Shown: positions 25,186-37,610 of the stretch, piece after piece | Layout: each line of letters begins with the position of its first letter | How positions within the stretch are numbered: position 1 is the first letter of the stretch | Source of the DNA: Mustelus asterias | Taxonomy: Eukaryota | DNA: 64,000 nucleotides | Reading direction: 5' to 3' | Assembly (NCBI RefSeq): GCF_964213995.1 | Contig: NW_027590154.1 | Coordinates: 248,001 to 312,000, forward strand | Notes under the pieces: generated by a model | What the model saw: the letters and a program-made list of their open reading frames with translations, nothing else | Database searches by the model: none | Told to the model about the DNA's origin: nothing | Position numbers and translations under genes: made by a program

Positions 25186-26235
25186 GGGAGTGGCCTGATA
25201 GGCCGTGGTCCAGACTAAATGTGGCCTTTGGGGGGGCCTTTCATGAATCACATGTGTTTGGTCATTGTAAATGTGCATTCAAAATGGTTGGAAGCACAGA
25301 TCATGAGTAATATTCCAGCTCCTGTGGCAATAGAGAAGCTCTGTCAAATTTTCACTTGCCCTGGGTTACCAGATTGGCTTGTTTCAGATAACGACACTCT
25401 GTTTACAAGTGAGGTGTTTCAGGAATTCCTGTAAAGGAATGGTCTACGCCATGTGCGTACTGCACCGTTTCATCTGGCTACAAATGGTCTCGCAGAAAGA
25501 GCTGTTCAAACTCTGAAGGAGGAATTGAAGAGAATGGCAGGCGATACTTTAAGAACAAGCTCTCAAGATTTTTGTTCCAGTTTCGCATCACACCACAATC
25601 CACAACCGGACTCTCTCCTGTGGAATTTTTAGGTAGAAGGTTGAAGTCACATCTGGATCTGCTTCATCCAGATCTCAGAGCAAAAGTGAGCAGGAAACAA
25701 GAGAAGCAGAAGGAGGGACAGGACTGCCACGCCAAAGAGAGGCAGTTCAAACCGGGTGATCAGGTTTACATCAGAAAGTTTGGGAGTAACCAAAGGTGGT
25801 TACCGGGAATAATTTTAAACCAAAGTGGTCCAGTATCTTGGGTGGTGAGACTGTAAAATGGAAGAGTTGTTCAAGACACCAAGACCATATTCGCTTGCGG
25901 TGTGACCCCGAGTCAGGAACAGTTTCAGAGTCAGCAACCATTACTGAGAACATGGCAGAGGGTCATGCTGCTGTGGATGTTCACCAGGAAATGGTTCCAG
26001 CTTTGCCAGTTGACTCTGCTGTGGGAGTGGAAGAGGAATGTTCATGTACAGATTCTCAAACTACCTCTTCACCTCCCATTCCAGATCCACCATTACAAGA
26101 TTTACCAGTGGTATTGTACAGGTCGCAATGCAACCACAAAGCTCCTGACAGACTTCCGTATTGTTAAAGACATTACTTTGTTGTATTTCTGTCCTGATGG
26201 GGGATTGAAATTTAAGGGGAGGAGAAGTGTTACAG
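25175..26235 (+). mobile_element. Ty3/Gypsy LTR retrotransposon integrase fragment with polypurine tract and start of the 3' LTR
   Basis: HPWEWPDRPWSRL...HSKWLE...LVSDN..FTS, NGLAERAVQTLK, FRITPQSTTGLSP; aaggggaggagaag followed by TGTTA. Confidence 0.85.
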
Positions 26236-26650
26236 AGTGTTCTTCTCAGCCTCTCTCCCTTCTGAGCACGTGCGGGCTTTGGGCGGGCTTTCAGTCTGCA
26301 AGTCCAGGCTGGTTCCAATGCTCCTGTTTCCTTTTGTTTGCCAATGATTTTTAAACTTTCTTATTTATATAAAGAAGATCCTGCTTTTCACAATGCATTT
26401 GACTACCTTATTTGTGGACTGAAGTTTCCACAATTGTAAAGCAGGAGATGAGTTAAATGGACAGCCTGAATTGAGAGACAATTAAAGAATAAATGATTCA
26501 TTAATACAGATGTTAGGATGGAAATGTAAATTTGAATACAAAAGTTTACAACGTTTAGAATTATAAAGATATAAAGAATGTTTAAAATGCTGTGGGAATT
26601 ATAAAATGTTACCTTCTGGCACCAACCGAATAGAAAGAAACAGATCACAA

Positions 26651-26990
26651 GGGCCACACGGTAGCACAGTGGTTAGCACTGCTGCTTCACAGCTCCAGGG
26701 ACCCGGGTTCGATTCCCGGCTTGGGTCACTGTCTGTGTGGAGTTTGCACATTCTCCTCGTGTCTGCGTGGGTTTCCTCCGGGTGCTCCGGTTTCCTCCCA
26801 CAGTCCAAAGATGTGCGGGTTAGGTTGATTGGCCAGGTTAAAAAAATTGCCCCTTAGAGTCCTGGGATGCGTAGGTTAGAGGGATTAGTGGGTAAAATAT
26901 GTGGGGGTGGGGCCTGGTGGGATTGTGGTCGGTGCAGACTCGATGGGCCGAATGGCCTCCTTCTGCACTGTAGGGTTTCTATGATTTCTA
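26651..26990 (+). mobile_element. Full-length HE1-like V-SINE with CR1-derived tail
   Basis: A and B boxes, V core, tail gggccgaatggcctccttctgcactgtagggtttctatgatttcta. Confidence 0.9.
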
Positions 26991-27007
26991 CGAAGACTTG
27001 TTAGCAT

Positions 27008-27305
27008 GGCGCGGTGCCACAGTGATTAGCACTGCTGCCTCACAGTGCCAGGGACCTGGGCTCAATTCCCGGCTTGGGTGACTATGAGGAGTCTGCACGT
27101 CTCCCCCGTGTCTGCGTGGGTTTCCTCCGGGTGCTCCAGTTTCCTCCCACAGTCCGAAAGACGTGCTGGTTTGGTGCATTAGTCATGTTAAATTCTCAAT
27201 CAGTGTAACCGATCAGACGCCAGAGTGCGGAAACTAAGGGATTTTCACAGTAACTTCATTGCAGTGTTAACGTAAGCCTACTGGTGACACTAATAAATAA
27301 ACTTT
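27008..27305 (+). mobile_element. V-SINE with alternative tail
   Basis: Same head and core as 26651; tail ...cacagtaacttcattgcagtgttaa...aataaataaacttt. Confidence 0.85.
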
Positions 27306-27624
27306 AATACTTTCTTAACCTTGACTGGAGGGAATGAATCAGTTCCTGTTCAAGATGTCTCAACATTGAATGACTGATGTTAACCAATTATTGGTCAACA
27401 CTCAGGCTACCCCAAGCTAAGAGATATCGTTTGAGAGAAAGAATTGTCTTAAAATTCAGACAATGTGTGCAACTTGCTAAAAACCAAACCAGTTTCATTA
27501 TTGACAAGTTATAGACCAATTGGCTAATTCCCAACAATTGGCTGAGCTGGGCTTTCTACATTTTGAAAGGATAAAAAAGGGGATTCAAGAAACCAATTTG
27601 GTAGATGTTTTTAAAAGTTTAAGG

Positions 27625-27882
27625 TTTTTTAAAGTTTATTTATTAGTGTCACACATTCACACTGCAATGAAGTTACTCTGAAAATTCCCCAGTCACCACG
27701 CTCTGGCGCCTGTTCCGGTAAACCGAGGGAGAATTTAGCATGCTCAATGTACCTAACCAGCATGTCCTTCGGTCTGTGGGAGAAATCCACACAGACTGGG
27801 GCAGAATATGCCGACTCTGCACAGACAGTGACCCAAGCCGGGTCCCTGGCGCTGTGAGGCAGCAGTGCTAACTACTGTGCCC
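27625..27882 (-). mobile_element. V-SINE, alternative-tail type
   Basis: Reverse-complement homolog of 27008-27305. Confidence 0.8.
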
Positions 27883-28276
27883 TACAGAGAGGTGTTGAAA
27901 GCTGTTGATTTTACAAGTTATCCATGTTTTCAGAGCGGTCACTTTTTGTCCTGGTCTGAGAAGGATGGAGAAAAGTCTGTTCAGTTGTTCAAGTTAAGCT
28001 TTCTCCTTTTACTGTTAATAGATGCTTTGCTTTTTTTATCCTTCTCTCTTACATTTTTAATCGTTAATAAACTTTCCGAATTCACCATTTAAAGCGTTAT
28101 TTCTTGCCATTTGGTTAAGTCACTGGAACCTGGTGTGATTTACGATTAGGGAGGTTATTGGAAACAAGTGAACCCTATAAATCTTCATTTAAATAAATCA
28201 AAGTTTTTACAAATGGAATGCTATCCTTTATTACGAGGGAAATTGAACATCGGAAAGAGGATGTTATGCTTCAGTT

Positions 28277-28894
28277 ATGATGTGGAGATGCTGACGTTGG
28301 ACTGGGGTAAACACAGTAAGAAGTCTCACAACACCAGGTTAAAGTCCAACAAGTTTATTTGGCAGCAAAAGCCACTAGCTTTTGGAGTGCTGCTCCTTCA
28401 TCAGGTGAGTGGGAGTTCTGTTCACAAACAGGGCATATAAAGACACAAACTCAATTTACAAAATAATGGTTGGAATGCGAGTCTTTACAGGTAATCAAGT
28501 CTTAAAGGTACAGACAATGTGAATGGAGAGAGGGCCAAGCACAGGTTAAAGAGGTGTGTATTGTCTCCAGCCAGGACAGTTAGTGAGATTTTGCAAGCCC
28601 AGGCAAGTCGTGGGGCTTACAGATAGTGTGACATAAACCCAAGATCCCGGTTGAGGCCATCCTCATGTGTGCGGAACTTGGCTATCAGTTTCTGCTCAGC
28701 GATTCTGCGTTGTCGTGTGTTGTGAAGGCCGCCTTGGAGAACGCTTACCCGAAGATCAGAGGCTGAATGCCCCTGACTGCTGAAGTGTTCCTCAAGTTAA
28801 GGGAACACTCCTGCCTGGTGATTGTCGAGCGGTGTTCATTCATTCGTTGTCGTAGCGTCTGCATGGTCTCCCTAATGTACCATGCCTTGGGACA
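28277..28894 (-). mobile_element. Penelope-like element: GIY-YIG endonuclease C-terminal half plus terminal repeat with a G12>A-mutated hammerhead (28372-28408)
   Basis: CPKAWYIRETMQTLRQRMNEHR, frameshift, EHFSSQGH...AEQKLIAKFRTHEDGLNRDLGFMSHYL*. Confidence 0.88.
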
Positions 28895-30092
28895 GGAGCG
28901 GTGCCCAAGGACTGGAGGACAGCTGATATGGTACCACTCGTCAAGAAGGGAAGTAGGGAAAAAAACAACAAATTCCTGGCCAGTGAGTCTAACTTCAGCA
29001 ATAGGGAAACGATTGGAAAAAGTTCTGGGGGACAGAATTAATTTCCACTTGGGGAGGTGAGGATTAATCAAGGATGGGCAGCATGGTTTTGGCAAAGAGA
29101 GATCATGCCTTACAAATCTGGTTGAATTTTTGAGGAGGTGACTCGGTGTGTAGATGAGGGGAGTTAAGTTGATGTCGTCAACATGGACTTCATTAAGGCT
29201 TTTGACAAGGTCCCACATGGGAGGCTGACGGAGAAGGTAAAAGCCCATGGGATCCAGGGCAATTTGCCAAACTGGACCCAAAATTGTGTTTGTGACTGGA
29301 TGCCTGTGTTTAGTGATGTTCTGCAGGGATTGGTGCTGCGTTGCTTGTTGCTTGTAGTGTACGTTAATGACCTGGATATGAATATAGGAGGTATGATAAG
29401 TAAGTTTGCAGATGACACAAAAATTGATGATGTGCTAAAAACCGAGGAGCAAAACCTTAGATTACAGGACGATATCGACAGGGCGGCACAGAGGCACTGC
29501 TGCCTCACAGTGCCAGGGACCCAAGTTTGATTCCCGGCTTGCGTCACCCTCTGCGTGGAGTCTGCACGTTCTCCCCATGTCTGCGTGGGTTTCCTCCGGG
29601 TGCTCCGGTTTCCTCCCACAGTCCAAAAGATGTGTTGATTAGGTGCATTGGTCATGCTAAATTCTCCCTCAGTGTACCTAAACAGGCGCTGGAGTGTGGC
29701 GACTCAGGGATTTTCACAGTAACTTCACTGCAGTGTTAATGTAAGCCTACTTGTGACACTAGTAAATAAACCTTAAAACTTTAGTTAGATGGGCAGAACA
29801 GTGGCAAGTGGAATTCAACCCTGAAAAGATTAGGTAATTTTTGGAGGACGAGCAATGTAATGGAATGCGCAATGAATGGTCAGATCCTAGGAAGTACAGA
29901 GGATCAGAGGAACCTTGGTGTGCATGTCCATAGATCTCTGAAGACAGTAGGACAGTTACATAAGGTGGTTCAGAAGGCACATGGGATACTTGCCTTTATT
30001 AACCAAGGCATTGAATATATGGCTGTAGAGTTTCACATTCTAATCAGTATTCTGTCACTTGATTTTGTGCCTCTGTATGCCCTGTTTCCACT

Positions 30093-30129
30093 CCATCTGA
30101 CGAAGGAGCAGCGCTCCGAAAGCTTATGG
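30093..30129 (+). ncRNA. Minimal hammerhead ribozyme motif, first of tandem pair
   Basis: CCAU-CUGACGA-A-GGAGC agc GCUCC-GAAA-GCU-U-AUGG; predicted cleavage after 30125. Confidence 0.8.
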
Positions 30130-30251
30130 TATTTGCTACCAAATAAACCTGTTGGACTTTAACCTGGTGTTGTGAGACTTCTTACTGTGTTCACCCCAGT
30201 CCAACACCGGCATCTCCACATCATGGCCCTGTTTGAGAGCAGATATCCACT

Positions 30252-30288
30252 CCATCTGACGAAGGAGCAGCACTCTGAAAGCTAATGG
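30252..30288 (+). ncRNA. Minimal hammerhead ribozyme motif, second of tandem pair (weakened stem II)
   Basis: CCAU-CUGACGA-A-GGAG cagca CUCU-GAAA-GCU-A-AUGG; predicted cleavage after 30284. Confidence 0.7.
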
Positions 30289-31727
30289 CATTTGCTACCA
30301 AATAAACCTGTTGGACTTTAACCTGGTGTTGTTAAAACTCTTACTGTGTTTACCCCAGTCCAAGGCCAGCATCTCCACATCATTGAATATAAGGGCAGGG
30401 AGGTTATGATGGAGCTGTCTAAAACACTGGATAGGCCACAGCTGGAGTACTGTGTGCAGTTCTGGTCGCCACACTATAGGAAGGATGTAATTGCACTGGA
30501 GAAGGTGCAGAGGAAATTCCCCAGGGTGTTGGCTGGGCTGGAGTGTTTCAGCTATGAGGAGAGGCTGGAGAGGCTGGCATTGTTTTTCTTGGAGCAGAGA
30601 AGGGTGAGGGGGACCTGATTGAGGTGTATAAAATTCTGAGGGGCACAGATAGGGGGCATAGGAAGGAACTTTTCTCTTTAGTCGAGAGGTCAATAACCAA
30701 GGGCATGGATTTAATTTCAGGAGCAGGAGGTTTATAGGAGAAATGAGGAGAAATCTTTTGACCCAGAGGGTCATGAATCTGGAACTCAGTGCCTGAAAGA
30801 GTGGTAGAGGTGGGAACCTTCACAACATTTAAGAAGAATTTAGTTAAGCTTTTGAAATGCCTTAGCATACAAGGTTACGCACAAAGAGTGGAAAATGGGG
30901 TTGGAATAGAACGGTCCTTGATGGCCGGCACAAACACGATGGGCCGAAGGGCCTCTTTCCATGCTGTAAAACTCTATGACCACCCACGTTGGCAGCAAGT
31001 TCAATATCATCATCAGTCACAACCCCCCTGTATCTTCACTAACTGAATCAATCCATTTAAAACATTCTTAGTTGAGGTATGTAGCCATATTTCTGTTTGG
31101 CCGGCATCCTGCATGGAGATTTCCAGCTCTCTGTGTCCAGGACAGGAAGCAGTGAGCACGGATCTGTCAATCAGCCTCAATCAGCACCTTCAGGAGAATT
31201 GGGAGGGTGAATATTAGATACAGCAGAGTGAGAATGGAGGGAGAGTGTGTGGGATGGAGATTTACAGCTTTTGGAGAATAAGAGAGGAAAGAATGTTCCA
31301 GAGAAACTACAATTGTTCTGAATTTCTATCTTGTAATGACACTGATCACTTTTGTAAACACCTTTTACAGGATATTGGAAGGGGAGGATTTACAGACAGA
31401 AATCTCAAACCTAATGTCACATCAACATCTGACATCCTCACTCAATTCATCGGGGTCTGAATCTATCGATCTTTGATTCTCGAAGGAGAAATGTTTCCCT
31501 GTTCTGTCTGCTTCAAAAACTTCAATCATTTGTGTGACTGGAAAAGCACCAAGGCACTGATACACCCGAGTGAGAGTGTTCCAGTGCACTGAGTGTGGAA
31601 AGAGCTTTAACCAGTTACATTGCCTGAAAATACATCGCAGCATTCACAGCGGGGAGAGACTGTACCCGTGTTCTGTGTGAGATTTAACTGATTGTTTAAC
31701 CTGGAGAGTCACAAGGACACCCACACC

Positions 31728-32318
31728 ATGGAGAACCCGTGGAAATGTGGGGACTGCGGGAAGGGATTCATATCCCCATCTCAGCTGGAAGCTCATCAAC
31801 GCAGTCACACTGGAGAGAGACCATTCACTTGCTGTGTCTGTGGCAAGGGATTCAGTCAGTTATCAAATCTGCGGACACACCAGCGAGTTCACACTGGGGA
31901 GAGACCGTCCACCTGCTCTGTGTGTGGGAAGGGATTGACTGACTTATCCAGCCTGCGAGGACACCAGCGAGTTCACACTGGGGAGAGACCATTCACCTGC
32001 TCTCAGTGTGGGGAGGGATTCACTCAGTCATCCACCTTGCAGAGACACCAGTGAGTTCACACTGGGGAGAGACCATTCACCTGCTCTCAGTATCTAAAGG
32101 GATTCACTCAATTATCCCACCGACAGACACACCAGCGAGTTCACACTGGGGAGAGGCCATTCACCTGCTCTCAGTGTGGAAAGGGATTCACTCAGTCATC
32201 CACCCTGCGGAGACACCAGCGAGTTCACACTGGGGAGAGACCATTCACCTGCTCTCAGTGTGGGAAGAGTTTCAGAGCTTCATCCGCCCTGCTGAGACAC
32301 CAACCAATTCACGAGTGA
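31728..32318 (+). pseudogene. C2H2 ZNF pseudogene, 7 fingers, close paralog of the 14-kb gene; acceptor at 31370
   Basis: In-frame TGA at 32052-32054 (CGA>TGA in finger 4), C>Y in finger 5; 3' UTR nearly identical to 15026-15250. Confidence 0.85.
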
Positions 32319-34009
32319 TTCCAGGGGTTGGATTCTGCTGTTATTGTTTCTGCTCTCAATTACATCCAGGACTGCATTTTGTTCATTCTCACAGTTGGTC
32401 AATGGGGAGGGTCGGAGGGTTTCTTTCTGCTGGACTGGCTGGTCTCATGACTTTGCCTCCAGTGGCTGAGTCTTGTTGCGAATCCCTGGTTTCAGATTTC
32501 ACACGGATCACAGAGTGACAGGGCGATTGGAAGTTCAGACATGTTCAGTCAGCATTTCTATTTGAAACTCCCCCAGATGCCAATCGAATTTCCTTTGCAA
32601 TAGTTTGTTGTCTCCAATTCCTCCAAGCTCGTAGGCAGTGGGTTCCAGAACATTACCATTCACTGCATCAAAATATTCTTCCTCACATCCCCCCCCTGCA
32701 TCTCTGACCCAAAACCATAAATCTGTGTCCCTCTCGTCCTTGTCCCGTCAGCGAATGGGAACAGCTTTTCTTTGTCCACCTTATCTCAACCTGTCAGAAT
32801 CTTGTCCACCTCTATCAAATCTCCCCTCAACCTCCTTTGCTCCAAGGAGAACAACCCCAGCCTGACATTGACAATAAAGAACAAACGAATAGAATATGTT
32901 AATACCTGAGATCAAATGGGAATGTTTAATTTCTGATTTAAAGATGTTGTGAATATATTGTCCTGGACAATCAAGGAATTTGAACAACTCACCTTGGGTG
33001 TGGTTGAATGGAATATATCAATCTGGTATCCACCTTCATTCTGGTGAAAGTCTGGAATGTGTAGCTGGAAATCCCTCCCTAACCACACTGTGGGTGTACT
33101 TACACCTCAGGCATTGTAGCAGTTCAGGAAGGCAGTGTTGGCGCTGATCGTGGCCGAGGCAGCTACATACAGCCACATATTCTGTTATAATTGAAGGACT
33201 GCCGATTGAATGTGAGGCATTATGGGACTGGACTATCTTGACCACATTCCTGTGACTGCTCAGTTTCTGCAATCACGGACCATTAAAACTGCTTAGCAGG
33301 GCCCTGATAGAGGACCTGGTGAGAATATTTACTCAGAATGAGTTAGAATTAAACTTATTCCAGGACCGGCTGGTGTTCAGCAGCTGATACACCCGAATTT
33401 GTAAAAGGAGGGTCTGACCAATCATCAAACAGTGGTAGGTAGTTGGTTAAGAAGTGAAGAAGCGTTCTCAGGCATTGTTTAAATTATTTTATCATAAATT
33501 TGTGATAAGAACTGTGAGGGACTTGTGACCCGATAGTCGGTGAAGTGACGGTATACTCCAAGTAGCACTGGACTGAAAAGCAGAGCTCTGAGAGTGGATT
33601 CTAATGGTTATAATCCTACCCAAGCATGGCCAGTGAAAAATCAGAGCTCAACTGGGGACCGGACAGGTCTCTTACCTGCCATTTGGAAACTAAGAACAAG
33701 AAACATATCGATAAAATAATTAGAGAATAGAGCCAATGTTTCAAGCCTGAATGACACTTCGTAAGAGCTCTTATGAAGGGACATCTAGACTCGAAATATT
33801 GGCTCTATTCTCTCTCCACAGATGCTATCAGACCCGCTGAGATTTTCCAGCATTTTCTGTTTTCTTTTCAGATTCCAACACCCACAGTATTTCACTTTTA
33901 TGATTAAATGATTCGGTCTGATTGGAATCCCCACGACCCTCCCGCATTGTTCTGACTCTACCAGCTGGGCTGTGGAATTAATTGGATAGATCTTCCAATA
34001 ACAGAAAGG

Positions 34010-35895
34010 AAAGATAGATTATGAAACTAAACTAGCTCTAAACATAAAAAATAATAGTAAAAGTTTTTACAAATATATAGAAAGGAATAGAGTGGCTAGA
34101 GTGAATGTTGGACCCTTGGAGGACGAGAGGGGGGATTTAATACTGGAATACGAGGAAATGGCTGAGACTTTAAATAGGTTTTTTGTGTCGGTCTTCACGG
34201 TGGAAGACACAAATAGTTTACCAAATATTCACGATTGAGTGTTGGTAGGAGGAGAGATACTCAATACAATTATTGTTACTAGAGAGGCAGTGCTTGGTAG
34301 ACTAACGGGACTGAAGGTGGACAAGTCCCCGGGCCCGGATGGAATGCATCCCAGGGAACTGAAAGAAATGTCAGAGGTAATAGCAGATGCGTTAGTGGTT
34401 ATTTATAAAAATTCACTGGACTCTGGGGTAGTGCCAGCTGATTGGAAAACGGCTACTGTTACGCCGCTGTTTAAAAAAGGAAGTAGACAAAAGGCGGGTA
34501 ACTACAGGCTGGTTAGCTTAACGTCTGTAGTTGGGAAAATGCTGGAATCCATCATTAAAGAAGAAATAGCAGGCCATCTGGATAAGAATGGTTCGATCAA
34601 GCAGACGCAGCATGGATTCATGAGAGGAAAGTCGTGTTTGACGAACTTACTGGATTTTTATGAAGATGTGCCTAGTGCGGTTGACAGAGGGGAACCAGTA
34701 GATGTGGTGTTTTTGGATTTCCAAAAGGCATTTGATAAGGTGCCTCACAAAAGTTTGCTGCAGAAGATTGGGGCACACGGAGTTGGGGGTGTGGTGTTAG
34801 CGTGGATTGGGGATTGGCTATCCAACAGGAAGCAGAGAGTTGGAATAAATGGGTGCTTTTCTGGTTGGCAGATGGTGACTAGTGGCGTGCCACAGGGATC
34901 GGTACTGGGGACTCAACTGTTTACTATTTACATAGATGATCTGAAGGAGGGGACTGAGTGTAGGGTAACAAAGTTTGCTGATGACACGAAGATAAGTGGG
35001 AAATTGAATTGCGTGGAGGAAGCAGAAGGTCTGCAGAGAGATTTGAATAGGCTGAGTGAGTGGGCGAGGATCTGGCAGATGGCGTATAAAGTTGGCAAAT
35101 GCGAGGTTATTCACTTTGGAAGAAATAATAGCAAATTGGATTATTATTTAAATGGAAAAAAATTACAACATGCTACTGTGCAAAGGGACCTGGGGTTCCT
35201 TGTGCATGAGTCGCAAAAACTCAGTCTGCAAGTACAACAGGTGATCAAGAAGTCAAATGGGATGTTGGAATTTATCGCGAGGGGGAGAGAATATAAAAGC
35301 AGAGAAGTCTTGCTGCATTTGTACGAGGCATTGATGAGGCCGCAGCTGGAATACTGTGTGCAGTTTTGGTCCCCTTACTTGCGAAAGGATATATTGGCCT
35401 TGGAGGGAGTGCAGAGAAGATTCAGCAGGTTGATATCGGAGATGAGGGGTGTAGATTATGAGGAGAGATTGAGCAGATTAGGTTTGTACTCGTTGGAGTT
35501 TAGAAGGGTGATCTTATCGAGACCTATAAGATAATGAAGGGGCTGGATAGGGTTGAAGTGGAGAGATTCTTTCCACTTTGAAAGGAAACCAGAACTGGAG
35601 GGCACAGCCTCAAAATAAAGGGGAGTCAGTTTAGGACAGAGTTGAGGAGGAACTTCTTCTCTCAGAGGGTGGTGAATCTCTGGAATTCTCTGCCCACTGA
35701 AGGAGGCTACCTCATGAATATGTTTAAATCACAGATAGATGGATTTCTGATCGGCAGGGGAATTAAGGGTTATGGGGAGCAGGCAGGTAAGTGGAACTGA
35801 TTCACTTCAGATCAGCCATGATCTTATTGAATGGCGGGGCAGGCTCGAGGGGCTAGATGGCCTACTCCTACTCCTATTTCTGATGTTCTTATGTT
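34010..35895 (+). mobile_element. CR1 LINE, 5'-truncated, RT ORF 34239-35534
   Basis: 431-aa RT with [24 protein letters not shown] and FADD; CR1 3' UTR. Confidence 0.93.
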
Positions 35896-36239
35896 CCAGA
35901 GAGCCAGCAGAGACATAATGGACCAAATGATTTCTATTTATGCTGTATCATTCTCTAAAAGAGTGAACATTCAGTATCAGGGACAGAGAGAAGAACCAGT
36001 GACTGTGCGATTGAACCCAGCCAGAATCAGCACCATAAAGGGAGGAGTGAGAGGGACACGGTGTAAAAGCTTTGAAACCATTGCATGGTCCTGCAGCAGA
36101 ACTTTGAGAAATGGAGCACAGCAGATCACCAATTCTCAATATTTCATTAATTTACCTCAAATGCTAACAATGTTATTTTGAATTTACTGTGTGAGGTTTC
36201 AATGGCAGTTATTACCCAGCATTCGCTGCGGGTGTGAAA

Positions 36240-36575
36240 GTGCCCTATTCATCCACAGGAGCCCAGTACGCAGGCGCAGCGCTGTATCTGGTTCATGCGC
36301 AGTGTTACTTTGCTCGGAGGCCTACGAGTGCGGGAGACACTTATTTCAAGGGGTGAGAATCGGTGGGGCGGCGGGAGGAATGGAGCCGGGATTCGGGGTG
36401 GGGAGGGAACAGAGGCTTCACAAACATCTGCTGTAGGCCGCAAGGCCTGAATAAGAGCCTTCCGGTCCCGGGTTTGCGGCTCCGGGGATTTTATCCGGGA
36501 TCAGGCCGAGTGCCGTGGCCGCCATCTTTGTTCAGCGGGGAGCAGAGCGCATGCGCAGCAAGTGGGCGGAGCTTC
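36240..36575 (+). promoter_or_regulatory. CpG-rich promoter of the 39.5-kb ZNF gene (diverged cassette); probable non-coding exon ~37728-37828
   Basis: GCGCATGCGC, gccgccatctttg (YY1-like), GC boxes; exon donor cagag|gtgagt has a minus-strand homolog near 2795. Confidence 0.6.
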
Positions 36576-37258
36576 AGGATTTGGGTGACCAGGAGAGACA
36601 ATGTTTGAGTCATTGACTGACAGGCCGGGTTCATGGATGCTGCCTTTCCCGGGGGAAGGTGCTGCAGGGGGAATAACAGAATAAAAACATGATCAAAATT
36701 AGGAGCAGGAGGGGGCATCTAGACCCATCGAGGCTGCTCTGCCATTCAGTAAACACATGGCTTAACTCAATTTTCCTCCAGCCCCAACCTCTCTAACTCA
36801 TCACCTCCTGGAAGGTAAAATGGTATATAACACAGCTTTGAATATACTCAATGAGCGGGCCTCTACTGTTCAATGAGGGAGAGAATTTCACAGCTTACTT
36901 AACTTCTGAGAGAAGCAATTTCTCCTCATCTCTGTCTTAGATCATTATTTTTAAATTGTTCTCGCAGTTCCAGATTCCGTGTTGAGGGGTAAACCCTTTC
37001 AGCATTCACTCTGTCAAGCACCTTCAGAATCTCATATGTTTCAGTAAGATCACGTCTCATTTATCGAAAATCCAATGAGCATAGATGCACCCTGCCGAAC
37101 CTTTCCTCATAAAACAGACCCCTTCATGCCCGAAATCAGCTCATGAACCTTGTCTGAATTGCTTCCAATGTAAGTATATTCCATCTTAAGTAATCTTATG
37201 CTAGAAAACAGGAGGGGAGAATGTTATGGATTTATATTCAGGACTGACAAATGACTGT

Positions 37259-37610
37259 TGGGGGTGACACAGTGGTTAGCACTTCTGTCTCATAGCGCCA
37301 GAGACCCGGTTCAATTCCAGCCTCGGGTGATTGTCTGTATGGAGTTTGCACATTCTCCCTCTGTCCATGTGGGTTTCCTCTGGGTGCTCTGGTTTCCTCC
37401 CACACTCCAAAGATGTGCAGATTAGGTTGATTGACAGTGCTAAATTGTCCCTTTGTGTCCCAAGATGAGGGGGAAGGAAAGGGGAGGATTAGTGATGTAC
37501 GTACATCAGGTTACAGGGATAGGGTCTGAGTAAAGGTGCTCTGTTAGAAACTTGATGCAGACTCAATGGCCCAAAAGGCCTCCTTCTGCACTGCAGAAAT
37601 TCTGTGATTT
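37259..37610 (+). mobile_element. HE1-like V-SINE
   Basis: A/B boxes, V core, CR1-type tail. Confidence 0.85.

Larger units (their letters stand above)
28895..30980 (+). mobile_element. Decayed CR1 interrupted by a V-SINE (~29480-29778) and a Penelope terminal dimer (30020-30380)
   Basis: DFIKAFDKVPH, KFADDTK and LEYCVQFWSP peptides; CR1 3' UTR. Confidence 0.85.

Noticed and set aside
26651-26725. tRNA gene
   Set aside because: A/B boxes run into a V-SINE core and LINE tail; SINE head with multiple diverged copies
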